From Eledone cirrhosa (Eukaryota): a stretch of 64,000 bases of DNA. The notes below the pieces were generated by a model, which saw only the letters and a program-made list of their open reading frames with translations, was not told the DNA's origin and made no database searches. The stretch covers positions 29,016,001-29,080,000 of the forward strand of contig OZ024745.1 in NCBI GenBank assembly GCA_964016885.1. Reading direction: 5' to 3'. This document shows positions 21,891-33,739 of this stretch, piece by piece. Positions within the stretch are counted from its first letter, which is position 1. Every line of letters starts with the position of its first letter. The position numbers and the translations under genes were made by a program.

Positions 21891-23260
21891 TTATTCTCTC
21901 TTCTTTTTCGTCCGCCAGCTATACGCACCCTCCCTATATAACTTCAACCCTTTCTTATCAGCTTTCCATTTCTTTCTCTCTCCCACTTACACACATTATT
22001 TTTTTCTTTCCTCTTTTCCGTCAGCTATACTCACCCTTTCATATATAACTAAAACCCTTTCTTCCTTTTCGTCTGTCAGCTATTCCCTCTCTCTATAACT
22101 TTAACCCTTTTTATCGGCTTTTTTAATTTTTTCTCCCTTCCTCTTTCGCACATACATACATTATCTGTTTTTTCTTTTTTTTTGCGAGCCATACACACCC
22201 TCTCTATATAACTTTTACCATTTCTTAACATCTTTCTCCCTCTCTTTCCGACCCAGGTACTTTCTCCTATTACGTCACTATATTGCTATTCTTTAACCCC
22301 CCACGTACTTTTCTTTCCTCTTCCTCTCTTCAGCATTCTCATGCTACTCCTCTGTTGTTTAAACATCAATCCTCCCCTTCATTTATTCGACTCCGCTCCG
22401 TCACCATCTCCATCTTCACACAACTATGCAAACTGCTGCTACCACTCCAGTATTTACTACTAATACTACTACTATTAGTGCTGCTGCTGTTGCTGCTGCT
22501 ACTGTAGGCATCACTGGAGTGGTAGCCAGTTGGAGTAGTAGTGAGAAAGTGAGAGAGACTAATAAAAAATGAGTGAGGGAAATACAGCATCTTAACGAGA
22601 GTGAGAGGTAAAGAAAAAAAGAAGGGGTGGAATAAAGAGGGAAAGGGAAAGAAATAAGGAACAGTAAGAGAGGGGGATGACGGAGAGAGTAAGCGACAGC
22701 AGTAAGAACAGCAGTAGCAAGGGTAACAAAAAGAAAGGGGCAGAGGAAATAGTAGCGAGGTTATAGTGTGAGGAGTAGAAGACAATAAAAGTAAGAGAGG
22801 GGAAAAAGAAAAAGGCAGACAATGCAAAGAGAGAAAAGCGGAAAAGGAATATTATAGATTTTAAAGCCAAACGTCACCGTGACTCTCTTTCTCTCTCCTC
22901 CCACCCTGGCGCTGTGTATGTGTCACTCTCTGTAGCAATGTGTGAAAGTAGTTTTAGCTTTGTTTAGTGTATGTGTGTATTAAGCAGGCCAGCTTACTGT
23001 AGTTCGTGGAGTCCTGCTAGTTAGAATGGGACCTACATCGTTGGTGTAGGCTCCATACACCAGCACCACAGCATCATCATCATCGACCTGAGGATATATA
23101 TACACATACATATTTGTGAGATATATTTATAATAGATGGAATAGTACAGAAGGAAAACGAAATATTCTGTGAGTGGATACCAAACAAGAAAGCAAACCGA
23201 GGAATCCATACCCGCTGCCACCACCATCACATCTATATCTATCTAAAGTTATTAACGAAG
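21240..23260 (-). repeat. Right arm of inverted segmental duplication (partner 11388-13290)
   Basis: Reverse complement of the left arm; near-identical over 21903-23260. Confidence 0.95.
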
Positions 23261-23719
23261 CCTGTCTATGTATATAAACACACATACATTTATTTATTTA
23301 TAAGAGGTCACGTGCAATGACAGGGAAATGGTAATTTGATATCTTCCTCTCTACCTATATTTTTTACATTATGTATCCATCTTCTGACAATAAATACATC
23401 TATCTATCTGTCTGTCTGACTGGATATCTATCTACCTATCTATCCACACATCTGTATATCAGTCTAATCGATCAACCTACTTGTCTATCTATAAATTTAC
23501 CCACCACTCTATCTGTTTACTTGTGTATCGGTCTGTATACAATGTATTTATGAATATTTACCAATGTATCTATTTTCGTATAAGAACAAAGCCCAGATTC
23601 CAATAATTGCCTTACATCACACATGACGGGTGTGATGTAAGGCAATAAACTGAAGTGGAATATGTAAAATCATCTCTTTTCTTACTTAATATTGATACTC
23701 TATCTGATATATATGTTAA

Positions 23720-24215
23720 TGAGGAATTCAAGGTACAGGCTGGGTACTAGCTCACTGCTAGTCATCATAGTTCTCCAGGCCATAAGAGAAGAGTTTAAGA
23801 CTGGCTGTCCATGGGAACTTCCCTATGTGGATGATCTGGTGATTATTGCTGAATCCAATTATGGAAACAGATGTTGGGATCAAAAGGTCTGAGAGTAAAC
23901 TTAGCCAAAACTAAAGTGCTACTAAGTAGGAAAGAAGATAGGACCCTGATTCCCTCAGAGATTTGGGCCTACTCAATATGTAGAAAAGGAGTTGGCATAA
24001 ACTCTATATGATGTACACAATGTAAATCTTGGATACACAAGAGATGTAGTGAGATAACAAGTAGACTAATAGGAAGAGAAGACTGAAAAAGATGAACAGG
24101 AGAAATAGAGAGGAAGAGTGTCAGTGATATAAACTTTTTCCAATCACATGAAGGATCCATAGAAATGGTTGATAGCTTCTGTTATATAGGTGACTTAATT
24201 AGCAGCAGAGGAGAG
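23720..24215 (+). mobile_element. RTE LINE RT fragment (family 2, with Cys-rich insert), decayed
   Basis: EEFKTGCPWELPYVDDLVIIAES, GLRVNLAKTKV, ICRKGVGINSI, CTQCKSWIHKRCS. Confidence 0.8.
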
Positions 24216-25144
24216 TTAGGTTTAAGATTAGGCCTAGTGTTCTGGTTAAAGGTAGGTTTTAGGTTAGGAGTTAGACATTAGGATTGGAGTGTTAAAGTTA
24301 TGAAATAGTGTTATGGATTAGGTTTAGTTGTTAGGTGCTAGGGTGTTAAGGTTAGGTTTAAGATTAAGATCAGCATTGGGGATAAATTTGTGTATAGGTT
24401 AAAGGTTACTGCTTAAGTTTGGTTAGAGTTGTATAAAAAGTTTAGGGTATATAAAGAAGTTTGGTTAGTGTTTTATAAAAACAGCCTCATGGATAGTTAT
24501 ACTTCATAATATAAATGGAGAAATTATTACTGAGTGATAAAATTAGAACCAAGCAACAGCTAAATGACAAAGAATATGAGTAACATTATAATTAAAAGAT
24601 ATTAAAAAGTCAAATAATAAAAAGAAATAAAACTTCCATATATAACAACAGCTAACTGCAAAAGTTTGGTCTATAACATTGGGAAAAAACTAATGAATAC
24701 ATAAATGAAACAAAGAAGAGATGCAACGTGCCAAAAGTGACATAATTCTAATCTACAAGGTGTTTGGAAGGACATCCAGCCATAGAAACCAAGCCAACCA
24801 GTTGTGTATGAGCAAAACATGGTCATCAGACTTGGCTTGTCTCACAACAGGGCATCTTGTCCGACCCATGTTACCGTAGAAAAATGGATGTTAAACAGTG
24901 ATAAAAATGAATGATGAATACAGCTGATAGACTGCTATTTATTTATTTATTTTTAATCAAAAGGAATACATATATGATAGTAAGTGGGATATGTGAATAA
25001 GTACTAAAAGTATAAATTTCTGTTTCAAATTTTCCTTAATTTCATTTTTACTTTTAAATTCATTTTTTTCTGTTTTCTCCTAAACATTTTTCCTAAACTT
25101 TATAATTTTGATATAACCGTTCATCCATTATGAAATTTAGCAAT

Positions 25145-25722
25145 CAGCAGGTGGAGAAGTTCAAGTACCTTGGGGCTGTGTACACAAGTGATGGAAGACG
25201 GGGCTGAATTACGTCCAAGAATTGCAGGAGCTGGTGCAGTAATGCACCAGCTTCAGGAGTCAGTAATCAAAAGAAGGGAGGTAGAGGTAAAAGCCAAACT
25301 TGCTATCTTCAATTTGGTATCGTGCCAACCCATACCTATGGTCATGAATCTTAGGTAATGATCGAAAAAATACGATTGCGGATACAAGCGGCTGAAATGG
25401 GGTTCGTCTGAAGGGTGTTTGGAGTAACGTTATTCAATAGAGTTCATAGCTTGGAATTCAGAGAGTCACTTCAGGTAGAGCTGCAAATTCTCTGAATTGA
25501 GAGATCACAGCTCTGATACTATGGGTATGTGGTTAGAATGTCTTAGGAAAGAATAGCTGGACAGATTTTATGGGCAAACCCAACCAACAGGAGACCCAGA
25601 GCAAGATGGTTAGATAACATCCATGAGCTTTGCTGGTCTTGCTTGGAGACAGTTGCTTCTGACAGGACCCATTTAAGAACTCTTCCCCCATGAACCTCCC
25701 AGGAATATGTGGGTGAAGAAGC
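25145..25722 (+). mobile_element. RTE LINE 3' fragment (family 1), decayed
   Basis: QVEKFKYLG, YGHES*VM, IQAAEMGF, IERSQL*YYGYVVRM, RPRARWLDNI. Same family at 30281, 39705 and 46287. Confidence 0.85.
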
Positions 25723-26451
25723 TAAAAAGCTAAGATAAATCTATCCATAAACCATACTGTTAAGCTTATCTCTAGTCATTACTCTAACAGTAACCCTTAA
25801 TTAAACTCTTAATCCTTAACCCTAACCCTAATGCTAAACCCTAGCTCTCACCCTAACCCTAACTCTAACCCTAGTTCTAATACTAACTGTACCCCTAGAC
25901 CAATCCTTAACCCTAACCCCAACCCTAAATACTAACCCTACAAGACAGCTGAAAGATTCAAAGGCTAACCAAGATACTCTCATGGAATGACCAAATGAGG
26001 AAAGAAACAATAAGGGTTGAAATTAATGCCTGCAAGATTTCACAGCCTCGCATCACTCACTCCTTTATAGTCAACCTATGAACTTTTCAGCCCATCCTCG
26101 TAACTCTAATACTTACAGTATTTGTAATACAAGGGAAATAACTCCTACAATTAATTTTTTTACGATTAATAACGGAAATTGAGAATGCAACTAAAATCAA
26201 TGAGAATTGATTAAAAAAATTTATAATACAAGAAAAATAACTCCCATAAAATAAAACTTTCATTTGTAATGCAAGGAGATAACTCCCACAAATAATATTA
26301 TACAATTTAGTGGGTGACAACTCCGGGATGATTGAGAAGAGATTTTAAAAAACATTATATATATAGTGTGTAACTCGCTATTTACGAGTATATGATATAT
26401 ATATATTTTTTGTTTCCGGGTATGTCAATATTTATTTATAAAACAAATATG

Positions 26452-26517
26452 TATTTTATCTGATGAAAGCGCACCATAATTTGCCTTGGTTGCCCTTGAA
26501 ATATGTATAATAAAATA
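26452..26517 (+). ncRNA. Type I hammerhead ribozyme motif (minimal, PLE/retrozyme-like; family A copy 1)
   Basis: Stem I tattttat/ataaaata (8 bp). CTGATGA at 26460. Stem II aagcgcacca...tggttgccctt. GAAA at 26498. Short near-palindromic stem III (tatgt). AUA cleavage triplet at 26507-26509. Confidence 0.75.
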
Positions 26518-26717
26518 AATATGGTTTTATAAATATAGTTTCCATTTATTAATATATTGTATATTTTTTACTCCACTAAATTGTTGAGTGCTTTATATCA
26601 GTTATAACATTTAAAAAATTAAATATAACCTCTGCATATATATATAATCATACACCCGTATATAGCGAGTTACACAGAGTGAAAGTGAATTGAGTTTATA
26701 CTGCCAACTAATAATTT

Positions 26718-27235
26718 TTTCAAGCTAAATGTATTATGTCATTTTAGATCTAAACAGAAATACATAAGAAGGTAGTTTACCAATGGTACATCGTTTTTTA
26801 AATTTTTTATAGATGTTTCTTTCCAGATCAATGTGTAATCATTTATTTTTCTTTCTAATGATATAATGTTTTGTTGTCCTAAGTTGAGCATAACAAACAT
26901 TGATTAAATATATTGTACTGAAACATATGTCAAATAAAGTAAATAATATATATAAATAAACATAAAAATGTTGCAGGTTTGGTGTTGTAATTTCTGGCCC
27001 TTTTACTCTGGAATAACCTATTAAGGAACGGTATGTGGTGTTGTGTTTGTAGTGAGGTTATTGGGGTGAAGTAATAGTTGGTTGTAGCTATTGTAGTTTC
27101 TGATGTATACTTTAGTTGTGATGTGTGGTTGTAGTTAAGATGTGGTTTTGGAGGTTCTATGATTGTTATAGTTGTGATCTGGTGGTTCAGTGTGTGTACG
27201 AGATGGAGAAGAAAAGAAGAAGGTTGAGCCATCAA
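26718..27235 (-). repeat. Inverted, diverged copy of the 3' half of dispersed repeat B (34690-35240)
   Basis: Reverse complement of ...ccgttccttaatagattattccagagtaaaagggccagaaattacaacaccaaacctgca... Confidence 0.85.
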
Positions 27236-27299
27236 AAATAGCATCAACCAAGTTAAAGTTGTTGAATCCAATGGGAGGAATGCAATTGGAGTCTTCATG

Positions 27300-27740
27300 A
27301 ATAGCTTCACGCATGGTGTCCTGGACCCACCATTCCCAAGGCCTCTTCTTTTCAACCAACCTGACTGCTGTTTGGAAAAGAGAAGGTGATATTATCCATA
27401 TTGCTGTGCATAATGTCTTCAGATGGCCGGCTGCAGATCATCTGCAAGTTCAACACCTCTGAACTGATCAAACAACTAAGCTTGGTGCAACTAGGGGTCG
27501 GCATGGCTGGTAAGTGTGAGGAGTCCACCCACGTCATTAAAGAGTGCTTCAATGACTCCCCACTCGAGCTGATGCCCAGAGATTCCAGGTATCCCATCAT
27601 TAACCTTGACATGAGAAACATCTTCAACTATCTACACTGCAGTCAGTTGCTCAAGGCTTACCTCAGCCATGCCCTGTCCACCTACTCATTGGACCACCTA
27701 TCATACTTGTCTCTAAGCTCCTCTCTGTGGATAAAGTCAT
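27300..27740 (+). mobile_element. Decayed CRE-clade (RLE-type) reverse transcriptase fragment
   Basis: LFFSTNLTAVWKREGDIIHIAVHNVFR and QLGVGMAGKCEESTHV...INLDMRNIFN resemble the CRE motifs IRPIAVG, QLGVG..GGCE and LD..NAFN. Confidence 0.65.
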
Positions 27741-28090
27741 ATCATCTACAACCTACATGTATTTAGGTTAAGATTTAGTTTAAAATTAGGTTTGGAGTTT
27801 GGGATTAGGTTTAGTGTTATGGTTAAAGTTAGGGTTAGGCTTAAGTTTAAGATTAGCATGAGGGTTAGGGTTAGGTTTAGATTTAGTGTTAGGGTTAATA
27901 TTAAAGGTTAGTGTTAGGTTTAGGCACTGTCATTCTGAATCTCCCTGAGAACTACGTAAAGGGTAATTGTGTCTATGGAATGCTTAGCCACTTGCACATA
28001 TATACATATATGTGTGTGTTTATATATATGTGTATGCTTGTGTGTGTTTATATATATATATGTGAGTGTCTATGGATCTCTATATATATA

Positions 28091-28165
28091 CAGGGTGTCC
28101 CAAAGAAATGTATACACACTGATTAGAATGCTGTTGAAGTGTGTATACATTTTTGAGACACCCTG
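28091..28165. mobile_element. 75-bp Tc1/mariner-type MITE
   Basis: TIRs cagggtgtcccaaagaaatgtatacacact / agtgtgtatacatttttgagacaccctg, flanked by TA. Confidence 0.8.
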
Positions 28166-28949
28166 TATATATATATGTGAGTGTGTATGTATATATATAT
28201 ATATATTATATATATATATATTATATATATATATATAATATATAACGAATCACACATCACTACTTAATAAATGTAATGATGACATAACAAATCGTCCTTT
28301 TTATTCATCATCATCATCATCATATAATGTCTATCTTCCATGCTAACATGGATTAGACAGGTTCGTCCCATTTGAGGCAATTTGGGTTGGGTGACTGTGT
28401 ATAGGACTGTTTCTGGCTGGTTTTCTACGGCTGGATGCCCTTCCTAACACTAACCACATTTACCGTGTGTGCTGGGTGCTTTTTGCTGTGTCTCCTACAT
28501 GACCATTTTACAGGAAATACTTACTCCACACATCATGTCCTAAACACAAGTTATATGATACATATGACTTAATATTCAGTCACCAAATTCGAGTTAGATA
28601 CAGTAATGGTGTATTCGATTCTTTGAAATCACTTGATAAAATTCCATTCAACAATACCACCAGCTCCCTCTCTCTCTTCCATTTTCCTTCTCTGTCTCCT
28701 TCTCTCTCTCTTTCAATATATTCTCTCACAACCACTATCTCTTTCAGTCTCTCTATTTATGAAAGTACCTGGAAAAATCCTGTATCTCGGGAACCCATGC
28801 TCTGATTTACACAAAACTTGTTTTATTCCATTTGTATTCCCATTTCAGGGGCAACTTCTTTTCAAAGTATTTTCCCATTATGCGCCATTTTGTCTGTATT
28901 AAATTGCAGACAAGCACACAACCACAGAGTTTCAGTAGTATATAGATAG

Positions 28950-30275
28950 ATGTTAGGGTTAGGTTTAGAAACTTAGTGTTAGAATTACAGATAGGTTTAG
29001 GTTTAATGTTAGTGGATAGTGTTAATTTTAAGGTTAGGTTTAGGGTTCTGTTTATAATTAGAACTTAGGCTAGTGTTATGTGTAGGGTTAGGATTATGGT
29101 GTAGGTTACATTTAGTGTTAGGGTTAAGATTAACGTTAGCTTAGGTTTAGAGTTAGGATTAGATTTAGGTTTATTTCGGGTTAGGTTTAGGGTTCAGATT
29201 TAGGATTTAATTTTTGCTTTAAGGTTTGGTTTACATTTAAGGTTAGGCTTAGTTTAAGATTAGGGTGAGGTTTGGGGTTAGCATTAGCCTTAGTTTTATT
29301 TTTATGTTTAAGGTTAGGCATATAAGGTTAGGATTCTGTTTAGGGCTAATGTTAGGTTAAGGCTTTTTGTTAGGGTGATGATTAGGGTTAGGTTTAGTAT
29401 AGGTGTTAGTTTTACGGTTAGGGAAAGTTTTAAGATTAGCCTTAGGGTTAGTAATAGGGTTTAGGTGAGAGTTAGTATTTAGGTTAGGATCAGGATTGAT
29501 ATTCAGTTAGCTTTATGGTTCAGGGTAATGTTATGGTTAAGTTTAGCCATAAGAATATGGTTAGGATTAGGTTTATTGTTAGTGTTTGGCTTAAAGTTAG
29601 GTTTTGATTTAAGGTTAATGTTAGGGATAGTGTTATGGTTTGGGTGTTTAATTTTAATGTAATGTTAATGCTTAGGTTATTTTTAGGTTAAGAACTAGGG
29701 CTAGTACTATATGTAGTATTAGAGTTAAGGTAAACTTTAGGCTTAGGGAATTAGGGTGAATTTTAAGGTTTAGTGTTAACTTCAGTTTTTTTTTTTTATA
29801 TCTGTTTAAATTTAGGGATAGTGTTAGATTCGGGTGTAGGTTAGCATTTCCAATAGGGTTAGGTTTAGGTTTAAGTTTCAGTTTATTGTTACTGTCAGAT
29901 TAGGGTTAGGGTTATGGAAAGTATAGTGTTATGGTAAACTTTAGAGTTATGGTTAGTTTTAGGATTGCAGTAATGGTTATGGTTAGGTTTGGGTTTTCAT
30001 TATGGTGAGGTTTAGGGAAAGCGATATAGTTAGTGTTACCATTAGGCTTAAGGTTAAGATTAGGTTTAGAGTTAGGGTTAGTTTCAGAGTTAGGCTTAGT
30101 TTTAGGGTTAACTTCAGTGTTAGCTTAGGGTTATAGTTAAATTTAGGATTAAGATCAGGGTTAGATTCAGGGTTAAGGTTATTGTTATGTTTAGGTTTAG
30201 AATTATTGCTAGGGTTAGTTTTAGTATTAAATCTAGGTTATGGGTATGTTTAGTATTAATGTTAGGGTTTGGTTA
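28950..30275 (+). repeat. Degenerate (TTAGGG)n-like hexamer array; smaller blocks at 24215-24460, 25790-25940 (CCCTAA strand) and 27765-27925
   Basis: Hexamer periodicity of ttaggg/ttaggt/ttaagg variants. Confidence 0.85.
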
Positions 30276-30790
30276 ATGTTATAGAGAAGTTCAATTATCT
30301 CGGGGCCGTGTTCATGAGTGATGGAAGGCAGGAGGCTAAATTAAGTGCAAGAATTGCAAAGGCTGGTGCAGTAATGCACCTGCTTCAGTATTCAGTGATC
30401 AGAAGAAGTGGGGGTAGGTGTAAAAGCCAAACACGTTATCTTCAATTCAGTTTTCTTGCCAATCCTTATCCAACCTGAATCTTGGGTAATGACTGAAAGA
30501 ATACAATCGTGAATACAAGCGGTTGAAATGGGATTCCTCCAAAGGGTCTTTGGAGTAATGTTACTCGATAAAGTGCATAACTCAGAGATCAGAGAATCAC
30601 TCTAGGTAGAGCTACTACTTCTCCGAATTAAGAGATCACAGCTCTGATACTATGGGTATGTGGTTAGAATATCTTAAGAAAGAATTGCTGGACAGATTTT
30701 ATGGGCAAAACCAACTGACAAGAGACCCAGAGCAAGATGGTTGGATAACATCCATGAGCTTGGCTGGTCTAGCTTGGGGATCCAGCCGGA

Positions 30791-33429
30791 TTATAATAAT
30801 AATAATGAAATTATTGTGTAAAGTGCTCAGGTGCACTACAACTCGTCAATATAGTACATAGAATAATACACAAATGCCAGGGAAGTACATGTTTGTATGT
30901 GTTAGCTGTAGTGTTGGCGGATCTCGGGAAGCATGGAGGCCTTAAAGGATGCAGCGTCTCGACAGCTAACAACTGATGCAGGTAGTTTGTTCCATGCTTC
31001 AGCAACTCTGAGCGTGAAAAAATGTTTCCGAAAGTCATGGGAACTGTGCTGTTTTCTTACTTTGTGGGCATGTCCACGTGTGTTAGACACATGGAAATCG
31101 AAAAGGCACTCAGGGTTGTTGTTGGCAACATGGTTAACAATTTTGTGGGTGTTTACCAAGTCAGTTGCCAGGCGTCGGAGCTTCAATGAATCCATGCCCA
31201 GGGAAGCAAGGCGATCAGAGTATGGTAGATGCCTGATGGAGGGTATTCGCTTGGTTGCACGTCTCTGAACAGTTTCCAGGCGGTCAATGTCCTGAGCAAG
31301 ATAGGGGTTCCAGACTGGTGATGCAAATTCTAAGTGTGGTCGCACCATAGCTGTATACAGCCTTAAATAGATATCTGGAGAGCGGCTGACAAAGGTCTTG
31401 CTGAGTGATGCTAAGACACCCTCGGCCCTCTTGACAATTTTAGAGACGTGCCTCGTCCAACGCAAATCGCTGCTGACCGTAATGCCCAGGTCACGTTCAC
31501 AGGAAGACTTCTTGATATTAGTGCTGTGGAGGGAATATGTGGACGCTGGGTTTTTACTCCCAAAATGCATGGTGGTGCACTTGTCCACAGCTAGCTTGAG
31601 TTGCCAGTCTGAGATCCACTGTTGCATTGTGTCCAGGTCAGACTGCAAGCAAGATCTATAGTGTTCAGGATCTGTCCTTTTTATCTCAAGGTACAGCTTG
31701 ATGTCGTCTGCGTACTTTAGTACTGTGGCATTCCTTAAGTTGGCATCTATGTCATTAATATATGCCACAAACAAAAGGGGGCCAAGAACAGATCCCTGAG
31801 GTACACCAGATGACATCTCATATGGTGAGGAATGCTGTCCCAGAACCGTGACTACCTCTCTTCGACTGAGAATGAAGGACTTCAACCAGTTAAAAAGATC
31901 ATCCTTCACACCCATTGCAGAGAGTTTTGCCATAAGCCTTTTGTGCGGCACAGAATTGAAGGCCTTCGCAAAGTCAAGGTAAACAACATCCACCCATGAG
32001 CCGCCATCAGTGATCCGGGTGATGTCCTCAAGAAACTCTATAAGTTGATCACAGCAGCTGGAGTTGGGGATAAATCCAAATTGCGAAGGCCGGATAAGAC
32101 TGTGAGAGCTCCAGAAGTTCCAAAGTGTTTCTCTGACACAGGATTCCATCAGTTTGGCGATGCAACTAGTAAGACTGACTGGACGATAGTTCACAGGTGA
32201 TGTGCGGTCACCCTTTTTGAACAGAGGAATTACACTGGCAGTTTTCCACTGTTCTGGAGTAGCACTGTTGTTCAGACAGAATTGGAAGAAGCGTGATAAC
32301 TGGTGTAGAAGGAAGTACCCACCACGTTTAAGAAGCAGGTACGTAACACCATCAAGACCAGGAGAGGCATGGTTGCGTTTATTTTTTAGGTGACGTCGCA
32401 GCATTGCAGGTGTAAATTCCATGGTTGTAATAGAGTCCGGTGTCATAGGTGGTGGAGATGGTACACTCTGGTCTTCAATGGTGAAAATGCCTGCATAGCA
32501 TTCAGCAATGAGCTCTGCGCATTCCTTGGGGTCGTCAGTAACCTGGCTTGTGTGGGGATTGCGAAGAGGACCAACTGGAGAGTGAGGCCTCTGCTTTGAG
32601 TGAACATACTTCCAGAACACCTTACTGTCAGGGCTGGTTGCTATGCGCTGCTCAAATTGAAGCACTGCCTTTTTTGTCACCTGTTTGAGGTGGTTGGACG
32701 ATCTATTTCGCCTCTTCCTATTAATGTCTGATTTGTGAAGTTTGTACTCACGTTCAGCATTGCGCCGTTCTTTTCTGGCAAGACGGACTGCTGCAGTCTC
32801 CCAAATTGCGCTTTTAGGATGTTTTTTCCGCTTACGTGGCACCGATGCTGCACATGCTGTCCATATTGAGCTCAGGATGTTCTGGAGTACAGTGTTGACA
32901 TCTCCAGAGTCATAGAACTCAAGCCAGTTTGGCCGTTGCAACTCGGTGCAGTAACAGTTCCAGTCTGCTCTATTCCAGTCAAAGTGAGCAGTTTGGAGAT
33001 GGTTGTGGTTCTTGTTACTGCCCATGAGGGATAGATTGGCAATGATCATAGCATGATCAGAGTCACCTAAAGGTTCCTCAGCAGTAACACTAATGACCGT
33101 TTCAGGAGTAGTGGTGAAGAGTAGGTCCAAAGTGTTGTCACCTCTTGTTGGGGAGGTGACCACCTGGGACCAACTCGAGTCCAGCACCAGCTCAAGGAAG
33201 TCATTTGCACTTGGCGGCCAACGAAAGGTCTCCCAGTCAATCTCAGGGTGATTGAAGTCACCTGCAATGAAAACATAAGTGGCTGTCTTCCTGGCAACAG
33301 CTCTGAGGATATCACAAAGTTGAGTGTCCTGATGGTAATTTGGGGGACGGTAAACGACTCCAAGTAGCAGTGTTGACATGGTCATACGTATATCGCAGAA
33401 AAAAACTTCCTGCTGTGATTGGTTCACAG
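30791..33429 (-). mobile_element. 5'-truncated CR1-clade LINE with (ATT)n tail
   Basis: Contains the intact ORF below plus a ~100-bp 3'UTR and a tail at 30791-30806; visibly more GC-rich than its flanks. Confidence 0.92.
30902..33427 (-). CDS. CR1-type ORF2 (C-terminal half of APE endonuclease plus reverse transcriptase), 841 uninterrupted codons, true start truncated
   Basis: APE motifs: GVVYRPP, AGDFNHPEIDW, PTRGDNTLDL, SDH. RT motifs: NYRPVSLTS, YLDFAKAFNSVPH, SGVPQGSVLGPLLF, YADD. CR1 C-terminal motifs: RPHLEFASPVWNP, VQRRATK, TRGH, RVAEAWNKLP. Confidence 0.95.
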   Translation of the reverse strand: MNQSQQEVFFCDIRMTMSTLLLGVVYRPPNYHQDTQLCDILRAVARKTATYVFIAGDFNHPEIDWETFRWPPSANDFLELVLDSSWSQVVTSPTRGDNTLDLLFTTTPETVISVTAEEPLGDSDHAMIIANLSLMGSNKNHNHLQTAHFDWNRADWNCYCTELQRPNWLEFYDSGDVNTVLQNILSSIWTACAASVPRKRKKHPKSAIWETAAVRLARKERRNAEREYKLHKSDINRKRRNRSSNHLKQVTKKAVLQFEQRIATSPDSKVFWKYVHSKQRPHSPVGPLRNPHTSQVTDDPKECAELIAECYAGIFTIEDQSVPSPPPMTPDSITTMEFTPAMLRRHLKNKRNHASPGLDGVTYLLLKRGGYFLLHQLSRFFQFCLNNSATPEQWKTASVIPLFKKGDRTSPVNYRPVSLTSCIAKLMESCVRETLWNFWSSHSLIRPSQFGFIPNSSCCDQLIEFLEDITRITDGGSWVDVVYLDFAKAFNSVPHKRLMAKLSAMGVKDDLFNWLKSFILSRREVVTVLGQHSSPYEMSSGVPQGSVLGPLLFVAYINDIDANLRNATVLKYADDIKLYLEIKRTDPEHYRSCLQSDLDTMQQWISDWQLKLAVDKCTTMHFGSKNPASTYSLHSTNIKKSSCERDLGITVSSDLRWTRHVSKIVKRAEGVLASLSKTFVSRSPDIYLRLYTAMVRPHLEFASPVWNPYLAQDIDRLETVQRRATKRIPSIRHLPYSDRLASLGMDSLKLRRLATDLVNTHKIVNHVANNNPECLFDFHVSNTRGHAHKVRKQHSSHDFRKHFFTLRVAEAWNKLPASVVSCRDAASFKASMLPEIRQHYS

Positions 33430-33739
33430 TAGTTGGAGACAGTCACTTCTGAGAAGACCTGTTGGAAGGAGTGTTTGAGGCTTCTGCCCCTAGGACCCCC
33501 TCAGGAATAAGTGGTTGAAGAAGACGGTTTGGTTAAGCAATAGAGTTTGGGTTCAGTGTTCGGTTTAAGGTTAAAAGGGTGGAATGCAGTCATTATTAAT
33601 TTTACAGAAAGAGAGAAAGCTGAGTTTTCCAATTTCTTATTTTTTTAATAGATACAGAATTGAAATTGAAAAATTTTACAATTAAGTTTTTAACTATCAA
33701 ATACAGTATGTGTAAATTCTTTTTGTATGTGAGTGTGTG

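Larger units (their letters stand above)
30281..33525 (+). mobile_element. RTE family-1 3' fragment split into 30281-30790 and 33430-33525 by the CR1 insertion
   Basis: ggggatccagccgga|...|tagttggagacag rejoins to match the uninterrupted copy ggggatccagctagaccagttgaagacag at ~46726. Confidence 0.85.

Noticed and set aside
30933-33363. Short antisense or alternate-frame ORFs within the CR1 element
   Set aside because: Shadow ORFs of the genuine ORF2
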